This document shows, piece by piece, positions 12,204 to 24,983 of a stretch of DNA of 64,000 bases. Both the position numbers and the translations under genes were made by a program. The notes below the pieces were generated by a model, which was given only the letters and a program-made list of their open reading frames with translations, had not been told where the DNA came from and did not search any database. The DNA is taken from the NCBI RefSeq assembly GCF_057098645.1, contig NZ_CM169472.1, one strand, 5' to 3'. Position 1 is the stretch's first letter. Each line of letters begins with the position of its first letter.

Positions 12204-12956
12204 TTACTTCGCTTTACCCTGGTTCGCAACGGCTGCTGCTTTCGCCGCGATCTCGTCAGCATTACCCAGATAATAGCGTTTCAGCGGTTTGAAATTCTCG
12301 TCGAACTCATACACCAGCGGCACGCCAGTCGGAATATTCAGCTCAAGAATCTCTTCTTCGCTCATGTTATCGAGATATTTCACCAGCGCACGTAACGAGT
12401 TACCATGTGCAGCGATGATTACGCGCTCACCGCTCTTCATACGCGGCAGAATGGTTTCATTCCAGTAAGGGATCACGCGGTCAATGGTCAGCGCCAGGCT
12501 TTCCGTCAGCGGCAGCTCTTTCTCGCTCAGTTTCGCGTAACGCGGATCGTGACCCGGATAACGCTCATCATCTTTAGTCAGTTCCGGCGGAGTCACGGCA
12601 AAACCACGACGCCACTGTTTCACCTGCTCGTCGCCATACTTTTCAGCAGTTTCCGCTTTGTTCAGACCCTGCAGCGCACCGTAGTGACGTTCGTTCAGTT
12701 TCCAGGATTTCTCAACGGGCAGCCATGCCTGATCCAGTTCGTCCAGCACATTCCACAGGGTATGGATAGCGCGTTTCAGCACAGAGGTGTAAGCAAAGTC
12801 AAAGCTGTAACCTTCCTCTTTCAGCAGCTTACCTGCTGCTTTTGCTTCGCTTACGCCTTTCTCAGACAGATCCACGTCGTACCAACCGGTGAAACGGTTT
12901 TCTTTGTTCCACTGACTTTCGCCATGACGAACCAGAACCAGCTTAGTTACAGCCAT
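12204..12956 (-). CDS. gpmA: 2,3-bisphosphoglycerate-dependent phosphoglycerate mutase
   Basis: [25 protein letters not shown]..., 250 aa from the internal ATG. Confidence 0.9.
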
Positions 12957-13157
12957 ATACTTACTCCTCAAATCATCTTTTAATGATAATAATTCTCATT
13001 ATATTGCTGTGACGAAGCAACAGCAATGCTTACGCATAACCATAGCGAAAATAGTGGCGCAGTGTAAGGTTGTTGTGAATATTGAGTTGCAAATATGTCG
13101 GTGTTTGCTGGTGATTTGAACAATATGAGATAAAGCCCTCATGACGAGGGCTTAACA

Positions 13158-14198
13158 TTACTCAGCAATAAACTGATATTCCGTCAGGCTGGAATACTCT
13201 TCGCCAGCACGGAGAAAGCAGTCCGGTTGCGGCCATTCAGGGTGGTTCGGGCTGTCCGGTAGAAACTCGCTTTCCAGAGCCAGCCCTTGCCAGTCGGCGT
13301 AAGGTTCGGTTCCCCGCGACGGTGTGCCGCCGAGGAAGTTGCCGGAGTAGAATTGCAGAGCCGGAGCGGTGGTGTAGACCTTCAACTGCAATTTTTCATC
13401 TGCTGACCAGAGATGTGCCGCCACTTTCTTGCCATCGCCTTTGGCCTGTAACAAGAACGCGTGATCGTAACCTTTCACTTTGCGCTGATCGTCGTCGGCA
13501 AGAAACTCACTGGCGATGATTTTGGCATTGCGGAAATCAAAAGATGTTCCGGCGACAGATTTCAGGCCGTCGAGGGGAATGCCGCCTTCATCAACCGGCA
13601 GATATTCGTCCGCCAGAATCTGCAACTTGTGATTGCGCACGTCAGACTGCTCGCCGTCGAGATTGAAATAGACGTGATTAGTCATATTCACCGGGCAAGG
13701 TTTATCAACTGTGGCGCGATAAGTAATGGAGATACGGTTATCGTCGGTCAGACGATATTGCACTGTCGCGCCGAGATTACCCGGGAAGCCCTGATCGCCA
13801 TCATCTGAACTCAGGGCAAACAGCACCTGACGATCGTTCTGGTTCACAATCTGCCAGCGACGTTTGTCGAACCCTTCCGGGCCGCCGTGCAGTTGGTTGA
13901 CGCCCTGACTTGGCGAAAGCGTCACGGTTTCACCGTCAAAGGTATAACGGCTATTGGCGATGCGGTTGGCATAACGACCAATAGAGGCCCCCAGAAACGC
14001 GGCCTGAACCTGATAGCATTCCGGGCTGGCACAGCCGAGCAGCGCCTCGCGGACGCTGCCATCGGAAAGCGGAATACGGGCTGAAAGTAAAGTCGCACCC
14101 CAGTCCATCAGCGTGACTACCATCCCTGCGTTGTTACGCAAAGTTAACAGTCGGTACGGCTGACCATCGGGTGCCAGTGCGGGAGTTTCGTTCAGCAC
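13158..14198 (-). CDS. galM: Aldose 1-epimerase (mutarotase)
   Basis: 346 aa, [23 protein letters not shown]... Confidence 0.95.
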   Translation of the reverse strand: MLNETPALAPDGQPYRLLTLRNNAGMVVTLMDWGATLLSARIPLSDGSVREALLGCASPECYQVQAAFLGASIGRYANRIANSRYTFDGETVTLSPSQGVNQLHGGPEGFDKRRWQIVNQNDRQVLFALSSDDGDQGFPGNLGATVQYRLTDDNRISITYRATVDKPCPVNMTNHVYFNLDGEQSDVRNHKLQILADEYLPVDEGGIPLDGLKSVAGTSFDFRNAKIIASEFLADDDQRKVKGYDHAFLLQAKGDGKKVAAHLWSADEKLQLKVYTTAPALQFYSGNFLGGTPSRGTEPYADWQGLALESEFLPDSPNHPEWPQPDCFLRAGEEYSSLTEYQFIAE

Positions 14199-15340
14199 TG
14201 TCCTGCTCCTTGTGATGGTTTACAAACGTAGAAAGTCTCTTTAATACCTGTTTTTGCTTCATATTGTTCAGCGACAGCTTGCTGTACGGCAGGCACCAGC
14301 TCTTCCGGGAGCAGCGCGACGATACAGCCGCCAAATCCGCCGCCGGTCATGCGTACGCCACCTTTGTCGCCAATCACAGCTTTGACGATTTCTACCAGAG
14401 TGTCAATTTGCGGAACGGTGATTTCGAAATCATCGCGCATAGAGGCATGAGACTCCGCCATCAACTCGCCCATACGTTTCAGGTCGCCTTGCTCCAGCGC
14501 GCTGGCAGCTTCAACGGTGCGGGCGTTTTCAGTCAGAATATGACGCACGCGTTTCGCCACGATTGGGTCCAGTTCATGCGCAACAGCGTTGAACTCTTCA
14601 ATGGTGACATCGCGCAGGGCTGGCTGCTGGAAGAAACGCGCACCGGTTTCGCACTGTTCACGACGGGTGTTGTATTCGCTGCCAACCAGGGTACGTTTGA
14701 AGTTACTGTTGATGATGACCACAGCCACACCTTTCGGCATGGAAACTGCTTTGGTACCCAGTGAGCGGCAGTCAATCAGCAAGGCGTGATCTTTTTTGCC
14801 GAGCGCGGAAATAAGTTGATCCATGATCCCGCAGTTACAGCCAACAAACTGGTTTTCTGCTTCCTGACCGTTAAGCGCGATTTGTGCGCCGTCCAGCGGT
14901 AGATGATAAAGCTGCTGCAATACGGTTCCGACCGCCACTTCCAGTGAGGCGGAAGAACTTAACCCGGCACCCTGCGGCACGTTGCCGCTGATCACCATGT
15001 CCACGCCGCCGAAGTTGTTGTTACGCAGTTGCAGATGTTTCACCACGCCACGAACGTAGTTAGCCCATTGATAGTTTTCATGAGCGACAATGGGCGCATC
15101 AAGGGAAAACTCATCAAGCTGATTTTCATAATCGGCTGCCATTACGCGAACTTTACGGTCATCGCGTGGCGCACAGCTGATCACGGTTTGATAATCAATC
15201 GCGCAGGGCAGAACGAAACCGTCGTTGTAGTCGGTGTGTTCACCAATCAAATTCACGCGGCCAGGCGCCTGAATGGTATGAGTGGCAGGGTAGCCAAATG
15301 CGTTGGCAAACAGAGATTGTGTTTTTTCTTTCAGACTCAT
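14192..15340 (-). CDS. galK: Galactokinase
   Basis: 382 aa, GHMP kinase motifs ([11 protein letters not shown]). Confidence 0.95.
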   Translation of the reverse strand: MSLKEKTQSLFANAFGYPATHTIQAPGRVNLIGEHTDYNDGFVLPCAIDYQTVISCAPRDDRKVRVMAADYENQLDEFSLDAPIVAHENYQWANYVRGVVKHLQLRNNNFGGVDMVISGNVPQGAGLSSSASLEVAVGTVLQQLYHLPLDGAQIALNGQEAENQFVGCNCGIMDQLISALGKKDHALLIDCRSLGTKAVSMPKGVAVVIINSNFKRTLVGSEYNTRREQCETGARFFQQPALRDVTIEEFNAVAHELDPIVAKRVRHILTENARTVEAASALEQGDLKRMGELMAESHASMRDDFEITVPQIDTLVEIVKAVIGDKGGVRMTGGGFGGCIVALLPEELVPAVQQAVAEQYEAKTGIKETFYVCKPSQGAGQC

Positions 15341-15343
15341 TTC

Positions 15344-16390
15344 TTACACTCCGGATTCGCGAAAATGGATATCGCTGACTGCGCGCAAACGCTCTGCTGC
15401 CTGTTCTGCGGTCAGGTCTCGCTGGGTTTCTGCCAGCATTTCATAACCAACCATAAATTTACGTACGGTGGCGGAGCGCAACAGAGGCGGATAAAAGTGC
15501 GCGTGCAGCTGCCAGTGTTGATTTTCTTCGCCATTAAATGGCGCGCCGTGCCAGCCCATAGAGTAGGGGAAGGAGCACTGGAAGAGGTTGTCATAACGAC
15601 TGGTCAGCTTTTTCAACGCCAGCGCCAGATCGCTGCGCTGGGCGTCGGTCAAATCGGTGATCCGTAAAACGTGGGCTTTGGGCAGCAGTAGCGTTTCGAA
15701 CGGCCAGGCAGCCCAGTAAGGCACTACGGCTAACCAGTGTTCGGTTTCGACAACGGTACGGCTACCGTCTGCCAGCTCGCGCTGAACATAATCCACCAGC
15801 ATTGGTGATTTCTGCTCGGCAAAATATTCTTTTTGCAGGCGGTCTTCGCGCTCAGCTTCGTTAGGCAGGAAGCTATTTGCCCAAACCTGTCCGTGCGGAT
15901 GCGGGTTAGAGCAGCCCATCGCCGCACCTTTGTTTTCAAAGACCTGCACCCACGGGTACGTTTTTCCCAGCTCTGCGGTTTGCTCCTGCCAGGTTTTGAC
16001 GATTTCCGTCAATGCCGCAACACTGAGCTCTGGCAGCGTTTTACTGTGATCCGGTGAAAAGCAGATCACCCGGCTGGTACCGCGCGCGCTCTGGCAACGC
16101 ATCAAAGGATCGTTGCTTTCTGGCGCATCTGGCGTGTCAGACATCAAGGCCGCAAAGTCATTAGTGAAAACGTAAGTCCCGGTGTAATCGGGGTTTTTAT
16201 CGCCTGTCACCCGCACATTACCTGCGCAGAGGAAGCAATCTGGATCGTGCGCAGGTAACACCTGTTTGGCTGGCGTTTCCTGCGCCCCCTGCCAGGGGCG
16301 CTTAGCGCGGTGCGGTGAAACCAGAATCCATTGCCCGGTGAGCGGGTTGTAGCGGCGATGTGGATGATCAACGGGATTAAATTGCGTCAT
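15344..16390 (-). CDS. galT: Galactose-1-phosphate uridylyltransferase
   Basis: 348 aa, HPHGQ active-site motif. Confidence 0.95.
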   Translation of the reverse strand: MTQFNPVDHPHRRYNPLTGQWILVSPHRAKRPWQGAQETPAKQVLPAHDPDCFLCAGNVRVTGDKNPDYTGTYVFTNDFAALMSDTPDAPESNDPLMRCQSARGTSRVICFSPDHSKTLPELSVAALTEIVKTWQEQTAELGKTYPWVQVFENKGAAMGCSNPHPHGQVWANSFLPNEAEREDRLQKEYFAEQKSPMLVDYVQRELADGSRTVVETEHWLAVVPYWAAWPFETLLLPKAHVLRITDLTDAQRSDLALALKKLTSRYDNLFQCSFPYSMGWHGAPFNGEENQHWQLHAHFYPPLLRSATVRKFMVGYEMLAETQRDLTAEQAAERLRAVSDIHFRESGV

Positions 16391-16399
16391 GGTCGTTCC

Positions 16400-17416
16400 T
16401 TAATCGGGATATCCCTGTGGATGGCGTGACTGCCAGTGCCAGGTGTCCTGCGCCATTTCATCGAGTGTGCGCGTTACGCGCCAGTTCAGTTCACGGTCGG
16501 CTTTGCTGGCGTCCGCCCAGTAGGCCGGAAGGTCGCCCTCGCGACGCGGTGCAAAATGATAATTAACCGATTTGCCGCAGGCTTTGCTGAAGGCATTAAC
16601 CACGTCCAGCACGCTGCTGCCTACGCCAGCACCGAGGTTGTAGATGTGTACGCCTGGCTTGTTCGCCAGTTTTTCCATCGCCACGACGTGACCGTCCGCC
16701 AGATCCATTACGTGGATGTAATCGCGTACGCCAGTACCGTCTTCGGTCGGATAATCGTTACCAAAAATCGCCAGCGAGTCGCGACGGCCTACAGCAACCT
16801 GGGCGATGTATGGCATCAGGTTATTCGGAATGCCTTGCGGATCTTCGCCCATATCGCCCGACGGATGCGCGCCAACCGGGTTGAAGTAGCGCAGCAGGGC
16901 AATGCTCCAGTCCGGCTGGGCTTTTTGCAGATCGGTGAGGATCTGTTCCACCATCAGCTTGCTTTTGCCGTAAGGGCTTTGCGGTGTGCCGGTCGGGAAG
17001 CTTTCAACGTATGGAATTTTGGGCTGATCGCCATAAACGGTGGCGGAGGAGCTAAAAATAAAGTTTTTGACGTTAGCGGCGCGCATGGCGCTAATCAGGC
17101 GCAGAGTACCGTTGACATTGTTGTCGTAATATTCCAGCGGTTTTTGTACCGATTCGCCAACGGCTTTCAGCCCGGCGAAGTGGATCACGGTGTCGATAGC
17201 GTGATCGTGCAGGATCTCGGTCATCAACGCTTCGTTACGGATATCGCCTTCAACAAATGTTGGATGTTTGCCGCCTAAACGCTCGATAACAGGCAGTACG
17301 CTGCGCTTACTGTTACAGAGGTTATCAAGAATGATGACATCATGACCGTTTTGCAGTAGTTGCACGCAGGTATGACTTCCAATGTAACCGCTACCACCGG
17401 TAACCAGAACTCTCAT
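16400..17416 (-). CDS. galE: UDP-glucose 4-epimerase
   Basis: MRVLVTGGSGYIGSHTCVQLL..., 338 aa from the internal ATG at 17416. Confidence 0.95.
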   Translation of the reverse strand: MRVLVTGGSGYIGSHTCVQLLQNGHDVIILDNLCNSKRSVLPVIERLGGKHPTFVEGDIRNEALMTEILHDHAIDTVIHFAGLKAVGESVQKPLEYYDNNVNGTLRLISAMRAANVKNFIFSSSATVYGDQPKIPYVESFPTGTPQSPYGKSKLMVEQILTDLQKAQPDWSIALLRYFNPVGAHPSGDMGEDPQGIPNNLMPYIAQVAVGRRDSLAIFGNDYPTEDGTGVRDYIHVMDLADGHVVAMEKLANKPGVHIYNLGAGVGSSVLDVVNAFSKACGKSVNYHFAPRREGDLPAYWADASKADRELNWRVTRTLDEMAQDTWHWQSRHPQGYPD

Positions 17417-17512
17417 AATTCGCTCCATTAGGCTTATGGTATGAAATAACCATAGCATAACAAAGATGCGAAAAGTGTGACATGGAATAAATTAGTGGAA
17501 TCGTTTACACAA
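17381..17512 (-). promoter_or_regulatory. gal operon control region: internal operator in galE, P1/P2 promoters, CRP site, external operator
   Basis: Internal operator (reverse complement) at 17381-17396, TATGGTTAT -10 region, GTGTGACATGGAATAA CRP-like site, external operator gtggaatcgtttacac at 17495-17510. Confidence 0.7.
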
Positions 17513-17677
17513 GAGTTTAGCCATTTTTTATGTGCGATTAAGTGATTATAAAACAGAGGGTTTATGAATGATTGCGCTTTTTATCTGAAAAAAAGACGCG
17601 GTTTCATGCCTGCATGCGTCGAACCGTTGGCCGGAGAGGGCGCTTAGGCCGCCTCCGGCAAGGTCAGCACTACCGAC

Positions 17678-19150
17678 TCAATATATTTTTGTCAGCACAT
17701 AGCGATAGAGTCCACCGTCCGGCACGAACTCAAGACGATGGGTAATACAGGCAGGCGCATCTTCAGCGTGGTGCGAAACAAACAACAATTGCGTTTCACC
17801 TTCGCTAATCAGCACATCAACAAAACGGCGGATAAGCTGGCGATTCAGCGGATCAAGCCCCTGTAGTGGTTCATCGAGAATAAGCAACGTCGGATGTTTC
17901 ACCAGTGCGCGGACAATCAGCGCCAGACGTTGCTGTCCCCAGGAAAGACTATGGAACGGAGCGTCAGCCGTGCGTTTATCAATGCCGAGAATATCCAGCC
18001 ACTGCTGCACCAGTTTTTGCTGGCGATCCGAAACGGCCTGATAAATGCCAATCGAATCGAAATAGCCAGAAAGAATCACATTACGCACCGTGGTACTGAC
18101 CCGGTAATCCAGATGCAAACTACTGCTGACGTAACCGATATGCTTTTTGATGTCCCAGATGGTTTCGCCGCTGCCGCGACGTCGGCCGAAAAGCGTCAAA
18201 TCGTTGCTGTAACCTTGCGGATGATCGCCAGTAATCAGGCTTAATAACGTCGATTTTCCCGCACCATTTGGCCCGACAATTTGCCAGTGCTCGCCAGGAT
18301 TCACCTGCCAGCTAAGGTTATTAAGAATGGGGCGATCGTTATAAGAAACCACGCCATTATTCAGCACAATGCGCGGTTCGTTGGTGGGTAAGGCGTGACG
18401 TGCTGAAGGTTCATCCGGCTCCGGCAGTTGCACACCTTCAAGCTGTTCACTATGCGCCAGTTGCGCGACGAGTGCTTGTTGGAGCAGTTCCTTTTTAGCG
18501 CCAGTTTCCGCTAACGTACAATCCGCCAGCACGCCAGCAAACTGGACAAATTCCGGGATCTCATCGAAGCGATTGAGCACCAGTACCAGAGTAATACCGG
18601 ACTGATGTAACGAGGCGAGTAGCTCAGCCAGCTGCTGACGTGAGGCAACATCCAGGCCATCGAACGGCTCATCAAGAATCAACAAGTCAGGCTCCGACAT
18701 CAGCGCCTGACACAGCAGGGTTTTTCGCGTCTCGCCAGTGGAAAGGTATTTAAAGCGTCGGTCGAGGAGGGCGGTAATACCGAACTGCTGTGCCAGTTGC
18801 ATGCAGCGCGGTGCATCCTTTACTTCATCCTGAATAATCTCAGCCGTAGTGCGTCCGGTGTCATCTTCGCCAGGGCCGAGCATATCGGTGTTATTCCGCT
18901 GCCATTCGTCGCTGACGAGCTTTTGCAATTGCTCGAAGGAGAGACGAGTGATGTGGGAAAACTGGCTTTGCCGTTCACCTTTCAAAAGCGGAAGTTCCCC
19001 CGCCAGCGCGCGGGCCAGGGCCGATTTCCCGCTTCCATTCGAACCGACAAACGCCCAACTATCACCCGCGTTTAACGTTAGCTGAGGCAATTGCAGCGTT
19101 TTTGTGTCGCTAAGACGAAATGTGCCTTGCAAAATTTGCAACGATGACAT
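17678..19150 (-). CDS. modF: ModF, ABC-type ATPase with duplicated nucleotide-binding domains
   Basis: MSSLQILQGTFRLSD..., two Walker A motifs (GSNGSGKS, GPNGAGKS). Confidence 0.9.
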   Translation of the reverse strand: MSSLQILQGTFRLSDTKTLQLPQLTLNAGDSWAFVGSNGSGKSALARALAGELPLLKGERQSQFSHITRLSFEQLQKLVSDEWQRNNTDMLGPGEDDTGRTTAEIIQDEVKDAPRCMQLAQQFGITALLDRRFKYLSTGETRKTLLCQALMSEPDLLILDEPFDGLDVASRQQLAELLASLHQSGITLVLVLNRFDEIPEFVQFAGVLADCTLAETGAKKELLQQALVAQLAHSEQLEGVQLPEPDEPSARHALPTNEPRIVLNNGVVSYNDRPILNNLSWQVNPGEHWQIVGPNGAGKSTLLSLITGDHPQGYSNDLTLFGRRRGSGETIWDIKKHIGYVSSSLHLDYRVSTTVRNVILSGYFDSIGIYQAVSDRQQKLVQQWLDILGIDKRTADAPFHSLSWGQQRLALIVRALVKHPTLLILDEPLQGLDPLNRQLIRRFVDVLISEGETQLLFVSHHAEDAPACITHRLEFVPDGGLYRYVLTKIY

Positions 19151-19217
19151 TTTATATCCCATTTTGTGCAGCGATTACTGACAGGGATACGTGTTTCATA
19201 ACAAATTGTCAACACGC

Positions 19218-20006
19218 TTAGCACAGCGTGGCGATAATCACGCTGTCGGCATTAAAGTAGGCCGTGACATTCTGTCCTTGCTGAAGAGAAGTCGCTTCAT
19301 TTACCGGCACTGTGGCGCACAGTGTTTGCCCGTCCGGTAGCGCCATTAATACTTCGCACTGCTCTGCGCCGCGCTCAATATGACTAATAATACCCGGTAA
19401 TTGGTTGTCAGCGTTTTGCGCGACCGCTTCGTCCTGAGTAATGCCTACCCACGGCGCTTTTAGCAATATCAACACTTCCTTGCCTTCATCCAGCCCCAGA
19501 CGCGCGCCGCTTTGTGCGGTAATTGCGACTTTCAGGCGTGTTTTTCCATCAGCCAGTAAGACATCAACATGCTGTTGAACGTCATCATGATCGCGGGCGG
19601 TGATGGTACCGAACCACTGGTTACGGGCGCTGGTTTGCAGTGAAAAACGTGAGATCGCGGCCAGCAGGCTGTTCAGCGGCAGGGCGTCATCGTCACTTAA
19701 CACATCAAAGGCTTTTTGCTGGATTTGCGCCAGTAAGTCATAGAGCTGAATCAGTCGCTGACCATAGCGGGTCAGTACTGCGCCGCCGCCACCTTTACCG
19801 CCTGTTGCGCGCTCGACCAGAATATGCTCACTTAACTGATTCATCTCGTTAATGGCATCCCAGGCGCTTTTATAGCTGATACCGGCATCTTTCGCTCCCT
19901 GGCTAATGGAACCGGAAAGCGCAATGTGTTTTAGTAGCGAAATGCGGCGCGGGTCGGCGAATAATTTTTGTTGGAGCTTAAGGGTGAGAAGGATTTCGGC
20001 CTGCAT
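19218..20006 (-). CDS. modE: Molybdate-responsive regulator ModE
   Basis: 262 aa, N-terminal HTH plus tandem Mop domains. Confidence 0.95.
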   Translation of the reverse strand: MQAEILLTLKLQQKLFADPRRISLLKHIALSGSISQGAKDAGISYKSAWDAINEMNQLSEHILVERATGGKGGGGAVLTRYGQRLIQLYDLLAQIQQKAFDVLSDDDALPLNSLLAAISRFSLQTSARNQWFGTITARDHDDVQQHVDVLLADGKTRLKVAITAQSGARLGLDEGKEVLILLKAPWVGITQDEAVAQNADNQLPGIISHIERGAEQCEVLMALPDGQTLCATVPVNEATSLQQGQNVTAYFNADSVIIATLC

Positions 20007-20116
20007 AACAATGTCCTGGCAAAAGTCTTATTGTGACGGAAAACGAACGCCACGCAAAGCTGACCGCACAAAAGGGGAGTGCTTTTCTGAGCTTAGCGGT
20101 TAGAATAATCTCATGA

Positions 20117-20284
<168 letters not shown>

Positions 20285-20407
20285 TTCCCTGAATGCCCGC
20301 TTAGTCGGGCATTTTCTTTTTCTCAACTTCCTGCTTTTCCTGCCGATATTTTTTCTTATCTACCTCACAAAGGTTAGCAATAACTGCTGGGAAAATTCCG
20401 AGTTAGT

Positions 20408-20431
20408 CGTTATATTGTCGCCTACATAACG
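20408..20431 (+). promoter_or_regulatory. ModE operator in the modA promoter
   Basis: Palindrome CGTTATATTGTCGCCTACATAACG about 20 bp upstream of modA. Confidence 0.7.
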
Positions 20432-20450
20432 TTACATTAAGGGGTTACCA

Positions 20451-21224
20451 ATGGCTCGTAAATGGTTGAACTTGTTTGCCGGGGCGGCACTCTCTTTCGC
20501 TGTTGCTGGCAATGCACTAGCAGATGAAGGGAAAATCACGGTGTTCGCCGCCGCATCACTGACTAACGCAATGCAGGACATTGCTACGCAGTATAAAAAA
20601 GAGAAAGGCGTGGATGTGGTTTCTTCTTTCGCTTCGTCATCTACTCTCGCCCGTCAGATTGAAGCGGGTGCGCCTGCGGATCTGTTTATTTCTGCCGATC
20701 AGAAATGGATGGATTATGCGGTTGATAAAAAAGCGATCGATACAGCTACGCGTCAGACACTGCTCGGCAATAGCCTGGTCGTTATAGCACCGAAAGCCAG
20801 CGAGCAGAAAGATTTCATCATCGACAGCAAAACTAACTGGACTTCGCTGCTGAATGGCGGTCGCCTCGCGGTTGGCGATCCGGAACATGTCCCTGCTGGC
20901 ATTTATGCAAAAGAAGCACTGCAAAAACTGGGCGCATGGGATACGCTCTCCCCGAAACTGGCTCCGGCGGAAGATGTTCGTGGCGCGCTGGCGTTGGTCG
21001 AACGCAATGAAGCGCCGTTGGGCATTGTTTACGGTTCTGACGCAGTTGCCAGCAAAGGGGTAAAAGTGGTTGCCACCTTCCCGGAAGATTCACATAAAAA
21101 AGTGGAATATCCGGTTGCTGTTGTGGAAGGGCATAACAATGCGACAGTGAAAGCATTTTATGATTATCTGAAGGGACCGCAGGCTGCGGAAATCTTTAAA
21201 CGTTACGGATTTACAACCAAGTAA
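20451..21224 (+). CDS. modA: Molybdate ABC transporter periplasmic binding protein
   Basis: 257 aa with signal peptide. Confidence 0.95.
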   Translation: MARKWLNLFAGAALSFAVAGNALADEGKITVFAAASLTNAMQDIATQYKKEKGVDVVSSFASSSTLARQIEAGAPADLFISADQKWMDYAVDKKAIDTATRQTLLGNSLVVIAPKASEQKDFIIDSKTNWTSLLNGGRLAVGDPEHVPAGIYAKEALQKLGAWDTLSPKLAPAEDVRGALALVERNEAPLGIVYGSDAVASKGVKVVATFPEDSHKKVEYPVAVVEGHNNATVKAFYDYLKGPQAAEIFKRYGFTTK

Positions 21225-21913
21225 TGATACTGACCGATCCAGAATGGCAGGCAGTTTTATTAAGCCTGAAAGTTTCTTCCCTGGCTGTGCTGTTTAGCCT
21301 GCCGTTTGGGATCTTTTTTGCCTGGTTACTGGTGCGTTGCACGTTTCCGGGCAAATCTCTGCTCGACAGCGTACTGCATCTACCGCTGGTGTTACCGCCC
21401 GTGGTCGTCGGTTACTTATTATTAGTTTCGATGGGGCGGCGCGGATTTATCGGTGAACGTCTGTATGACTGGTTTGGTATAACCTTCGCCTTTAGCTGGC
21501 GCGGCGCGGTTCTCGCTGCCGCCGTCATGTCGTTTCCGCTGATGGTGCGGGCAATTCGTCTGGCGCTGGAAGGGGTTGATGTCAAACTGGAACAGGCCGC
21601 AAGAACACTGGGGGCCGGGCGCTGGCGCGTTTTCTTTACTATCACGTTACCGCTGACCTTACCGGGAATTATTGTTGGTACGGTACTGGCTTTTGCTCGT
21701 TCTCTCGGTGAATTTGGCGCAACCATCACCTTTGTGTCGAACATTCCTGGTGAAACGCGAACCATTCCTTCTGCCATGTATACCCTGATTCAGACCCCCG
21801 GCGGGGAAAGTGGCGCAGCGAGACTGTGCATTATTTCTATTGCGCTGGCGATGATCTCCCTGTTGGTTTCAGAATGGTTGGCCAGAATCAGCCGTGAACG
21901 GGCGGGGCGCTAA
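21224..21913 (+). CDS. modB: Molybdate ABC transporter permease
   Basis: 229 aa, permease EAA-type loop. Confidence 0.95.
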   Translation: MILTDPEWQAVLLSLKVSSLAVLFSLPFGIFFAWLLVRCTFPGKSLLDSVLHLPLVLPPVVVGYLLLVSMGRRGFIGERLYDWFGITFAFSWRGAVLAAAVMSFPLMVRAIRLALEGVDVKLEQAARTLGAGRWRVFFTITLPLTLPGIIVGTVLAFARSLGEFGATITFVSNIPGETRTIPSAMYTLIQTPGGESGAARLCIISIALAMISLLVSEWLARISRERAGR

Positions 21914-21915
21914 TC

Positions 21916-22974
21916 ATGCTGGAACTGAATTTTTCCCAGACGTTGGGCAACCATTGCCTGACTATTAATGAAACGCTGCCCGCCAATGGCATCACTGCTA
22001 TCTTTGGCGTCTCCGGTGCCGGAAAAACTTCGCTGATTAACGCCATCAGTGGACTGACGCGCCCGCAAAAAGGGAGGATTGTCCTCAATGGTCGGGTACT
22101 AAATGACGCGGATAAAGGTATCTGCCTGACGCCAGAAAAACGTCGCGTTGGCTATGTTTTTCAGGATGCGCGGCTGTTTCCGCATTACAAAGTGCGTGGC
22201 AATCTGCGCTACGGCATGGCGAAAAGCATGGTCGATCAGTTCGATAAGCTGGTGGCGCTTTTAGGCATTGAACCGTTGCTTGACCGTTTACCAGGCAGCC
22301 TGTCCGGAGGCGAAAAACAGCGCGTAGCGATTGGGCGGGCTTTGCTGACGGCACCAGAATTGCTGTTGCTGGATGAACCGCTGGCGTCACTGGATATTCC
22401 GCGGAAACGCGAACTGTTGCCTTATCTGCAACGTCTGACGCGGGAAATCAACATCCCGATGTTGTATGTCAGCCATTCGCTGGATGAGATCCTCCATCTG
22501 GCAGACAGAGTGATGGTACTGGAAAACGGTCAGGTGAAAGCCTTTGGCGCGCTGGAAGAAGTCTGGGGTAGTAGCGTGATGAATCCGTGGCTGCCGAAAG
22601 AGCAACAAAGTAGCATTCTGAAAGTGACGGTGCTTGAGCATCATCCGCATTACGCGATGACCGCGCTGGCGCTGGGCGATCAGCATTTGTGGGTCAATAA
22701 GCTGGACGAACCGCTGCAAGCTGCGCTACGTATCCGCATTCAGGCTTCCGATGTTTCTCTGGTTTTACAACCGCCGCAGCAAACCAGCATTCGTAACGTA
22801 TTGCGGGCAAAAGTTGTTAATAGTTATGACGACAACGGCCAGGTGGAAGTGGAGCTGGAAGTCGGCGGTAAAACGCTGTGGGCGCGTATCAGCCCGTGGG
22901 CCAGGGATGAACTGGCGATCAAACCTGGCCTGTGGCTGTACGCGCAAATTAAAAGTGTGTCGATAACCGCCTGA
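21916..22974 (+). CDS. modC: Molybdate ABC transporter ATPase
   Basis: 352 aa, Walker [18 protein letters not shown] signature, C-terminal Mop domain. Confidence 0.95.
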   Translation: MLELNFSQTLGNHCLTINETLPANGITAIFGVSGAGKTSLINAISGLTRPQKGRIVLNGRVLNDADKGICLTPEKRRVGYVFQDARLFPHYKVRGNLRYGMAKSMVDQFDKLVALLGIEPLLDRLPGSLSGGEKQRVAIGRALLTAPELLLLDEPLASLDIPRKRELLPYLQRLTREINIPMLYVSHSLDEILHLADRVMVLENGQVKAFGALEEVWGSSVMNPWLPKEQQSSILKVTVLEHHPHYAMTALALGDQHLWVNKLDEPLQAALRIRIQASDVSLVLQPPQQTSIRNVLRAKVVNSYDDNGQVEVELEVGGKTLWARISPWARDELAIKPGLWLYAQIKSVSITA

Positions 22975-23793
22975 TTAAATCAGGTGGCTATAAATGAACT
23001 GGGCAATGCTGTCGGTGGTGTTATCACCAATCACAATGTTGGCGCGCGCTTTTACCGCGTCATCGGCGTTGCCCATCGCCACACCTGTACCAGCGGCCTC
23101 CAGCATACTGATATCATTAAAGTTATCGCCGAACGCCACGACGTTTTCCATCGACCAGCCTTGCGCCTCAACCCATTTCGTCAAACGTTTACCTTTGCTG
23201 TTGCCGCCGCGTGCAATATCAACCTGATCGTGCCAGGACCATTCACACTCCAGTCCCAGTTCATGTTCGACATGCTTACCAAAATGCTGCAATTGCGGCA
23301 GGTCATCGTGCGTCAGGGCGAACTTCCATACGGCGTTAACTTGTTGCGCCGTTTCAGCCAGAGAAGCGACTTGTGTGAAAGTCGGACGCTGTTCCGGCGG
23401 CAGGGTTTGCGCCCAGTTAGACGTGCGAATGACATGCCCGGTCGGGTGCTCATAGACCATTGCATCATCCACATACATCAGACCGTGAATGTGGTGTTCA
23501 TTCAGCATCTCAATGAGTTGCAGGGCTTTATTAACGGGCATTGGGTCCGCTTCCAGCACGGTTTTTGCATGATAATCATACAAATAGGTGCCATTACAGC
23601 AAATAGCAGGTGTATCCAGCGCCAGCGCCTGATAAAAAGGATGAATAGCGACGTGATGGCGACCTGTGACGATGATTAATTGATAGCCTGCTTCGCGAGC
23701 GCGGGTCAGGGCTTCTATCGATGAAGGAAGCAGGGTCTTTTTCGGGGTCAATAAGGTGCCGTCTAAGTCGAGAGCAATCACGCGTGTGGTCAT
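22975..23793 (-). CDS. ybhA: HAD-family sugar-phosphate / pyridoxal-phosphate phosphatase YbhA
   Basis: MTTRVIALDLDGTLL HAD motif I; 272 aa from the internal ATG. Confidence 0.85.
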   Translation of the reverse strand: MTTRVIALDLDGTLLTPKKTLLPSSIEALTRAREAGYQLIIVTGRHHVAIHPFYQALALDTPAICCNGTYLYDYHAKTVLEADPMPVNKALQLIEMLNEHHIHGLMYVDDAMVYEHPTGHVIRTSNWAQTLPPEQRPTFTQVASLAETAQQVNAVWKFALTHDDLPQLQHFGKHVEHELGLECEWSWHDQVDIARGGNSKGKRLTKWVEAQGWSMENVVAFGDNFNDISMLEAAGTGVAMGNADDAVKARANIVIGDNTTDSIAQFIYSHLI

Positions 23794-23911
23794 GGCGTAT
23801 TCCAGATTAAGGTTAAGAATTTTCGTCTGCGCGAATGGTACACCGATACCACTATCGGACAAAATTCTGCGTTTTAATTCAGCATTCACCGCCAAAAGCG
23901 ACTAATTTTAG

Positions 23912-24943
<1,032 letters not shown>

Positions 24944-24983
24944 CCGCTGATTTACCCGGCGCAGTCTCTCCTGCGCCGGTGTA

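Noticed and set aside
16436-17278. 280-aa plus-strand ORF
   Set aside because: Antisense within galE.
22984-23679. 231-aa plus-strand ORF
   Set aside because: Antisense within ybhA.
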